From Octopus vulgaris (lineage: Eukaryota): a stretch of DNA of 64,000 nucleotides. The stretch spans positions 73,966,001 through 74,030,000 of the forward strand of contig OX597827.1 of NCBI GenBank assembly GCA_951406725.2, written 5' to 3'. The notes beneath the pieces are model-generated. The model was given only the letters and a program-made list of their open reading frames with translations, did not search any database and was not told where the DNA came from. Below, one piece after another: positions 55,801 to 64,000 of the stretch (its first letter is position 1; the number at the start of each line of letters is the position of its first letter). Made by a program: the position numbers and the translations under genes.

Positions 55801-56998
55801 TTTTAAACAAATTATCTTAATATGGGGTAGGACCGCCTTTGACAGTAATTACACCTTCAATTCTACGAGGTATGGACTCGTACAAATTTTGAATTGTTTC
55901 CAAAGGAATTTTTATCCATTCGTCAACAAAAACAATCTCCATTTCTTGTAGTTTTAATATCGATATGGAGGAGGATATCGGCTCTTAACTTGTTTTTATA
56001 AAATGCACAATAAATGATCAATAATATTGAGATCAGGGGACACTGGTGACCCGATGAACTTCACTTCACTAGAATGTTTCTCCTGCCATTCAGTAACAAC
56101 TTTAGCTGTGTGAATTGGTGCATCATCATCCAGAAAGATTGCGTTTCCCTCAGGAAACAGTTCCGCAACCATAGGATGAATTTGATTAGATAAAATGCTT
56201 AAATAGCCTTTACCATTAATTCTGCCATGAAGGGAAACAATTGGGCCGGGGAATTTCCAAGATATATCCCTAACCCAGATCATCACAGATCCTCCTCCAT
56301 AGTTAACAGTTGGAAGATGGCAAATGGTTCTTGCTCCTTTTGGCTCTCTCCACAAGTATACTCAACCGGTGGTCGGAAATAGGGTAAAGAATGCTCTAGG
56401 ACCAATTCTGTAGTTTTTACTCCACCCTAAAAACATTGCGACGTTTGATTTTGGAAGTAGTGGTTTTCAGAATAAGCACTCCCGTGAACTTCGGCTTTAT
56501 GCAGCTCTCGGCAAACAGTTTTTGTGGAAACAGGATTCTCAAGGTGGTTCTTTAGCTCTGCAAGAATTTTGGGAACTGTACGTTTGTGATCCATTCTAAC
56601 AATTCGCGTAAGAGTCCCTATCTGAAAGTTTTGGTTCTCTTCTGGAGTTTTGTTTCGAAGAGGAGGTTTTTCCCACTTTCTCAAAGGCTGCATTACTTTC
56701 AGGACAGTACTTTTTGATAAACCAAACATTTCGGCTGTTTTTGTTATGCTAGCACCTGTCATATGAGCACCAATAATTCGACCTCTTTGAAAGTCCAATA
56801 GATGTGTTATTTTAATGGATTTTAATTACCTTTTTCTAATGGTAACTGAAAAGAAACAGCAATTTTAGCAAAACATATTATGCGACAATAATAATAAATC
56901 AGAAAATATATAAAAATAATTTTTTGATGGTTTTTATAGATATTTCAAAATTTTGATGCTATAATAGTAGGCGTTTCCATTATTTTGTCCAACCTCTG
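55801..56998 (-). mobile_element. Tc1 remnant, variant X (copy 2)
   Basis: Near-identical to 53021-54218. Confidence 0.9.
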
Positions 56999-57585
56999 TA
57001 TATATTCATCATAGATATAAGGTAGATGAGAAGACTTGAAGAAGACATACAGAAATCGATTGAACTAAAGGATAGGCTATAATATCCATGTTAAAAACGT
57101 AATTTCAATGAGATTAGGTATCATTAACAATCATCATCACCAGTGTACATCCGTTCTGTATGTTGTTAGCCGTTGTGCGATTCTAGGTGTCCCAACCCGG
57201 ATCCATATGGTTGGGAAGCAAGCTTCTTACCAAACTTTCATTCATTGATAACTCTATCGCCATTAAACACAATTTCTGTTATAGGGAGAGGACGTATGCA
57301 AAAGATGGTGAAGGAAGTCGTTTGTCTGCTCGTGATTCTTTATAATTATCTATATTTGATATTTCATCGGATTTGATTTTACCCGAATACTTTCATCTTA
57401 TTATCTATAGTGATATTTCATTGATCCACGTTGAAATACAATGAAGAATCAAGTATATACACATTTCTATCTCGTTTCTGTAATGCTAAAAGAAATAACA
57501 ATATCTAGCATATTAAGTCATCCATACTATGTCATAAAACTCTTATAATAGCAATTTATGGCTAATGTTTTTTTTATTATCTCAG

Positions 57586-57714
57586 AATGTCCCATTGGTA
57601 AATTTGGTCCCGAATGCTCAAAGTCCTGTCATTGTTCCGAAACATGTAACCACATAAATGGATCGTGTCCAGGTGTGTGTGATGCAGGATACACCGGAGA
57701 CAACTGCCAAGAAG
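57586..57714 (+). CDS. EGF exon A, copy 3 (CPIGKFGPECSKSCHCSETC...)
   Basis: Intact splice sites, 129 bp. Confidence 0.85.
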
Positions 57715-57973
57715 GTTATTTCCAATACTTTTTATTCCAACATTTAAAAATTCTTTACATTTGATTTAGTGTTTCTTAGCGTAAATCAACTTTCTTATTT
57801 ATCATCAAAAACTACTTCAACGTTAACTCATAAGTTATGCTTTAAGGTAAGAAAATAAAAAAGCGTATCATTGATTCTCACATATATTTATAAAGAGAGC
57901 TCTTACAGCCATAACTTTTATTGTGTGGAGCTAATAATATCTAATCTATTGTGTTTTATATTAATATTTTCAG

Positions 57974-58108
57974 AATGTGAAGTTGGTAGATTTGGTAGCA
58001 ATTGTGGAGGGACATGTCATTGTATCGACGACGAAAACTGCAACAGAATAACTGGAAAATGCTCAGATGGATGTTCTGCTGGATATAGAGGCTACTTTTG
58101 TCAAAAAA
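57974..58108 (+). CDS. EGF exon B, copy 3 (CEVGRFGSNCGGTC...CSAGYRGYFCQK)
   Basis: Intact splice sites (A|GTATGA donor), 135 bp. Confidence 0.85.
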
Positions 58109-58504
58109 GTATGATATGAAACTATGATACATTTCATAAAATTATGTTTAAATCTCTGCATCTGATTCTTATTTTATGTTTCCGTTTATTTCATGATGAG
58201 AACTATACAGGTTTATAACCAACATATTTTCCAAACTTAGATTCATTAAATGCTTCGTGAATTCATATTGAGATATGTTGGATGCATGCGTTTCTATTTA
58301 TGTTGTATATATGTATGGATGTATGTGTATGTATTTATACATATACATATATATGTATTTACGTATATATATTTATATGTGTGTGTGTGTGTAAATACAT
58401 GTATTTATATATGTATATACACACATAATTATGTAACACACTAATATACATATATATATATATATATATATACGTGTGTGTGTGTGTGTGTGTATACATA
58501 AATA

Positions 58505-59690
58505 CAGGGGTTGAACAAAATAATGGAAACATCTTGAAATTTTAAACAAATTATCTTAATATGGGATAGGACCGCCTTTGGTAGTAATTACACCTTCAAG
58601 TCTATGGGTATGGACTCGTACAAAGTTTGAATTGTTTCCAAAGGAAGTTTTGTCCATTCTTCAGCTAAAACAATCTCCATTTCTTGTAGTGATGATATTG
58701 ATATGATGTAGGGTATCCGCTCTTTACATGTTTCAATAAAATGCACAATAAATGTTCAATAATATTGAGATCTGGGGACTGTGGTAACCCGATGAATTTT
58801 TCAACATCACTAGAATGTTTTTCTTGCCATTCAAAAACAACTTTAGCTGTGTGAATTGGTGCATTATAATCCTGAAAGATTGCGTTTCCCTCAGGAAACT
58901 TTTCTGCAACCATATAAGGAATTTGATCAGATAAAATGGTTAAATAGCCTTTACTATTAATTCTGCCACATATTCCTCCATGTTTAACAGTTTGAAGATA
59001 GCAGTCTGGGTCAAATGGTTCTTGCTCCTTTTGGCTCTCTCCAGACGTATACTCAACCGGTTGTCGGAAGTAAGGGAAAGGGTGCTCTAAGGACCAATTC
59101 TGTAGTTTTTTACTCCACTCTAAACGCTTTGCGACGTTTGATTTTGAAAGTAGTCGTTTTCTGATTGTAGCCCTCACGTGAAATCCGGCTTTGTGCAGCT
59201 CCCTGCAAACAGTTTTTTGTGGAAACAGGGTTCCCAATATGGTCATTGAACTCTGCAGTAATTTTGGGAACTGTACTTTTGTGATCCATTCTAACAATTC
59301 GCGTAGGAGTCCCTATCTGAAAGTTTTGGTTCTCTTCCGGAGTTTTATTTCGAAGAGGAGGTTTTTCCCACTTTCTCAAAGGGTGCATTACTTTCAGAAT
59401 AGTATTTCTTGATAAACCAAACATCTCGGCTGTTTTTGTTATGCTAGCACCTGTCATATGAGCACCAACAATACGACCTCTTTGAAAGTCCAATAAATCT
59501 GTTATATTAATGAATTTTGATTACCTTTTTCTAATGGTAACTGAAAAGAAACAGTAATTTTAGCAAGACATATTATGCGACAATAATAAATCAGAAAATA
59601 TATAAAAATAATTTTTTGATGGTTTTTATAGATATTTCAAAATTTTGATGCTATAATAGTAGGCGTTTCCATTATTTTGTCCAACCTCTG
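58505..59690 (-). mobile_element. Tc1 remnant, variant Y, with both 26-bp TIRs and TA target duplication
   Basis: TA-cagggGttgaacaaaataatggaaac ... gtttccattattttgtccaacctctg-TA; FQDYNAPIH and QSPDLNIIEH (DD34E-type C-terminal motifs); frameshifted. Confidence 0.92.
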
Positions 59691-60275
59691 TATATATTCA
59701 TCATAGATATAAGGTAGATGAGAATACTTGAAGAAGACATACAGAAATCGATTGAACTAAAGGATAGGCTATAATATCCATGTTAAAAACGTAATTTCCA
59801 TGAGATTAGGTATCATTAACAATCATCATCACCAGTGTACATCCGTTCTGTATGTTGTTAGCCGTTGTGCGATTCTAGGTGTCCCAACCCGGATCCATAT
59901 GGTTGGGAAGCAAGCTTCTTACCAAACTTTCATTCATTGATAACTCTATCGCCATTAAACACAATTTCTGATATAGGGAGAGGACGTATGCAAAAGTTGC
60001 GGAAGGAAGTCGTTTGGCTGCTTGTGATTCTTTATAATTATCTATATTTGATATTTCATCGGATTTGATTTTACCCGAATACTTTCATCTTATTATCTAT
60101 AGTGACATTTCATTGATCCACGTTGAAATACAATGAAGAATCAAGTATATACACATTTCTATCTAGTGTATGTAATGCTAAAACAAATAACAATATCTAG
60201 CATATTAAGTCATCCATACTATATCATAAAACTCTTAAAATAGCAATTCATGGCTAATGTTTTTTTTTATCTCAG

Positions 60276-60405
60276 AATGTCACAATTGGTAAATTTGGTC
60301 CCAAATGCACAAAGTCCTGTCATTGTAACGCAACATGTAACCACATAAATGGATCGTGTTCAGGAGTGTGTGAAGCAGGATACACCGGATACAACTGCCA
60401 AGAAG
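60276..60405 (+). pseudogene. EGF exon A, copy 4, frameshifted (130 bp; +1 T gives TGT CAC AAT TGG TAA)
   Basis: Splice sites intact but one extra base relative to copies 1-3; pseudo-exon or assembly error. Confidence 0.7.
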
Positions 60406-60669
60406 GTTATTTCCAATACTTTTTATTCCAACATTTTAAAATTCTTTAGTGTTAAGTATTTAGTGTTTCTTAGCGTAAATCAACTTTCCTATTTATCATC
60501 AAAGACTACTTCAATGTTAACTCATAAGTTATGTTTTAAGATAAGATTATAAAAAAGCATGTCATTGATATCTCTCATATATTTGTAGATGAGAGCTCTT
60601 ACAGACATAACTTTTATTGTGTGGAGCTAATAATATCTAATCTATTGTGTTTTGTATTAATATTTCCAG

Positions 60670-60804
60670 AATGTGTAGGTGGTAGATTTGGTAGCAATTG
60701 TAGAGGGACATGTCATTGTATCGATGACGAAAACTGCAACAGAATAACTGGAGAATGCTCAGGTGGATGTTCTGATGGATATACAGGATCCTCTTGTCAA
60801 CAAA
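60670..60804 (+). CDS. EGF exon B, copy 4 (CVGGRFGSNCRGTC...CSGGCSDGYTGSSCQQ)
   Basis: Intact splice sites, 135 bp. Confidence 0.8.
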
Positions 60805-61174
60805 GTATGATATGAAACTATGATACATTTCTTAAAATTATGTTTAAATCTCTGCATCTGATTCTTACTTTATGTTTCCGTTTATTTCATGATGAGAACT
60901 ATACTGGTTTATAACCAATATATTTTCCAAACTTAGATTCATTAAATGCTTCGTGAATTCATATTGAGATATGTTGGATGCATGCGTTCCTATTTATGTT
61001 GTATATATGTATGGATGTATGTGTATGTATTATTACATATACATATATATGTATTTACGTATATATATTTATATGTGTGTGTGTAAATACATGTATTTAT
61101 ATATGTATATACACACATAATTATGTAACACACTAATATATATATATACGTGTGTGTGTGCGTATACATAAATA

Positions 61175-62325
61175 CAGGGGTTGAACAAAATAATGGAAAC
61201 ATCTTGAAATTTTAAACAAATTATCTTAATATAGGGTAGGACCGCCTTTGGTAGTAATTACACCTTCAAGTCTATGGGGTATGGACTCGTACAAAGTTTG
61301 AATTGTTTCCAAAGGAGGTTTTGTCTATTCTTCAGCTAAAACAATCTCCATTTCTTGTAGCGATGATATTGATATGGTGTAGGGTATCGGCTCTTTACAT
61401 GCTTCAATAAAATGCACAATAAATGCTCAATAATATTGAGATCTTGGGACTGTGGTGACCCGATGAATTTTTCAACATCACTAGAATGTTTTTCCTGCCA
61501 TTCAGAAACAACTTTAGCTGTGTAAATTGGTGCATTATAATCCTGAAAGATTGCGTTTCCCTCAGGAAACTTTTCTGCAACCATATAAGGAATTTGATCA
61601 GATAAAATGGTTAAATAGCCTTTACTATTAATTCTGCCACATATTCCTCCATGTTTAACAGTTTGAAGAAAGCAGTCTGGGTCAAATGGTTCTTGCTCCT
61701 TTTGGCTCTCTCCAGACGTATACTCGACCGGTGGTCGGAAGTAAGGGAAAGGGTGCTCTAAGGACCAATTCTGTAGTTTTTTACTCCACTCTAAACGCTT
61801 TGCGATGTTTGATTTTGAAAGTAGTCGTTTTCTGATTGTAGCCCTCACGTGAAATCCGGCTTTGTGCAGCTCCCTGCAAAGAGTTTTTTGTGGAAACAGG
61901 GTTCCCAATATGGTCATTGAACTCTGCAGTAATTTTGGGAACTGTACTTTTGTGATCCATTCTAACAATTCGCGTAGGAGTCCCTATCTGAAAGTTTTGG
62001 TTCTCTTCCGGAGTTCTATTTCGAAGAGGAGGTTTTTCCCACTTTCTCAAAGGGTGCATTTCGGCTGTTTTTGTTATGCTAGCAACTGTCATATGAGCAC
62101 CAACAATTCGACCTCTTTGAAAGTCCAATAGAACTGTTATATTAATGAATTTTGATTACCTTTTTCTAATGGTAACTGAAAAGAAACAGCAATTTTAGCA
62201 AGACATATTATGCGACAATAATAAATCAGAAAATATATAAAAATAAGTTTTTGATGGTTTTTATAGATATTTCAAAATTTTGATGCTATAATAGTTGGCG
62301 TTTGCATTATTTTGTCCAACCCCTG
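61175..62325 (-). mobile_element. Tc1 remnant, variant Y (copy 4), both TIRs, extra internal deletion
   Basis: Paralogous to 58505-59690. Confidence 0.9.
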
Positions 62326-62624
62326 TATATATACATCATAGATATAAGGTAGATGAGAAGACTTGAAGAAGACATACAGAAATCGATTGAACTAACGGGT
62401 AGGCTATAATATCCATGTTAAAAACTTCATTTCAATGAGACTAGGTTTCATCATCATCATCACCATTTGACATCCGTTCTGTATGTTGGTAGCCGGTGTG
62501 AGGTTCTTAGTGTCCCAATGAGTGCAGAGGACTGCGCCAAGCTACTGTGTCTGCTTTGGCAGGGTTTCTGTAGCTGGATGCTCTTATTAACATGAAACAC
62601 TTTACAGTGTGTACTGAGCGCTTT

Positions 62625-62663
62625 TGTGTGAAGCAGGATACACCGGATACAACTGCCAAGAAG
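62625..62663 (+). pseudogene. 3' remnant of EGF exon A, copy 5 (..CEAGYTGYNCQE); acceptor and 5' two-thirds missing
   Basis: Homology to exon A starts abruptly at tgtgtgaagcagga, after unrelated SINE-like sequence; donor retained. Confidence 0.75.
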
Positions 62664-62924
62664 GTTATTTCCAATACTTTTTATTCCAGCATATTAAAAT
62701 TCTCTACATTTGATTTAGTGTTTCTTAGCGTAAATCAACTTTCCTATTTATCATCAAAGACTAATTCAACGTTAACTCATGAGTTATGCTTTAAGATAAG
62801 ATAATAAAAAGTCGTGTCTTTGATATCTCACATATATTTGTAGATGAGAGCTCTTACAGCCATAACTTTTATTGTGCGGAGCTAATAATATCTAACCTAT
62901 TGCGTTTTGTATTAATATTTTCAG

Positions 62925-63059
62925 AATGTGAAGCTGGTAGATTTGGTAAGAATTGTGGAAGGACATGTCATTGTATCGATGACGAAAACTGCGACAGAAT
63001 AACTGGAGAATGCTCAGACGGATGTTTTGCTGGATATAGAGGCGCCTTTTGTCAACAAA
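62925..63059 (+). CDS. EGF exon B, copy 5 (CEAGRFGKNC...TGECSDGCFAGYRGAFCQQ)
   Basis: Intact splice sites, 135 bp. Confidence 0.8.
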
Positions 63060-63322
63060 GTGTGATATGAAACTATAAAATATTTCATAAAATTATGTTT
63101 AAATCTCTGCATCAGATTCTTATTTTATCTTTCCTTTCATTTAATTAACGTGGTAATGGAGACGCAGACTAACCAGTTTATTTTCCAAACTTACATTCAT
63201 TAAATACTTCGTGAATTCATATCGAGATATATTGAGATATATGGGTTCTATGCGCTTGTATGTATGCTATATATATGTATGGATATGTATTTATACATAT
63301 ACATGTATATGTATTTATGCAT

Positions 63323-63391
<69 letters not shown>

Positions 63392-63558
63392 GGGGGGAGT
63401 ATAAATATATATATATATATGTATTTATGCTTATATATATATATATGTCTATATATATACATGTAAATATATATATATGTGTGTGTATGTATATAATATG
63501 TACATACATACGTATCAGTGTAATACACACATATATATAGCTTACACACACATGTAAC

Positions 63559-64000
63559 TTTTAAACAAATTATCTTAATATGGGGTAGGACCGCCTTTGA
63601 CAGTAATTACACCTTCAATTCTACGAGGTATGGACTCGTACAAATTTTGAATTGTTTCCAAAGGTATTTTTGTCCATTCGTCAACAAAAACAATCTCCAT
63701 TTCTTGTAGTTTTAATATCGATATGGTGGAGGATATCGGCTCTTAACTTGTTTTTATAAAATGCACAATAAATGATCAATAATATTGAGATCAGGGGACA
63801 CTGGTGACCCGATGAACTTCACTTCACTAGAATGTTTCTCCTGCCATTCAGTAACAACTTTAGCTGTATGAATTGGTGCATCATCATCCAGAAAGATTGC
63901 GTTTCCCTCAGGAAACAGTTCCGCAACCATAGGATGAATTTGATTAGATAAAATGTTTAAATAGCCTTTACCATTAATTCTGCCATGAAGGGAAACAATT
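63559..64000 (-). mobile_element. Tc1 remnant, variant X (copy 5, cut by window end)
   Basis: Matches 53021 onward. Confidence 0.85.

Larger units (their letters stand above)
51641..64000 (+). repeat. Intragenic tandem array of about 2.7-2.8 kb units (exon A - 261 bp intron - exon B - Tc1 remnant), at least 5 copies, running off the window
   Basis: Unit starts ccggatccata at about 51641, 54417, 57197 and 59889; fifth unit joined at about 62625; high identity visible by eye. Confidence 0.95.

Noticed and set aside
53216-62128. Tc1 ORFs as functional or domesticated transposase, or as the agent of the duplication
   Set aside because: All copies are frameshifted with deletions around the first catalytic Asp region, and array breakpoints lie outside the TIRs

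Overview
This is AT-rich, microsatellite- and transposon-dense eukaryotic DNA. The repeat landscape (tRNA-derived SINEs, Penelope-like, Dong/R4, Tx1, CR1-group, Helitron and Tc1 remnants, long (TA)n and (TAA)n tracts) suggests a mollusc, probably an octopus; that assignment is inference. The window lies inside one + strand gene of which only internal exons are visible. All are symmetric phase 1-1 exons, and they splice into an extracellular protein: short exon (561-638), 8-Cys EGF-like repeat (11775-11921), an F-type-lectin (FTP) domain split by a 19.9-kb intron (26632-26889 + 46786-46968), another EGF exon (47764-47907), then a tandem array of about 2.7-2.8 kb units from 51641 to the window end. 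Each unit carries two EGF exons and a dead Tc1 element. Between copies the exons differ almost only by amino-acid-changing substitutions with all cysteines kept, while the adjacent Tc1 DNA is nearly identical. The copies are mosaics, and two exon copies are broken. The introns also hold a head-to-tail array of five Tx1-like LINE pieces, a SINE sharing their 3' tail, a near-full-length CR1-group LINE with an unusual ORF1, and Penelope-like elements with hammerhead-ribozyme motifs. Most ORFs in the supplied track are microsatellite or antisense artefacts.
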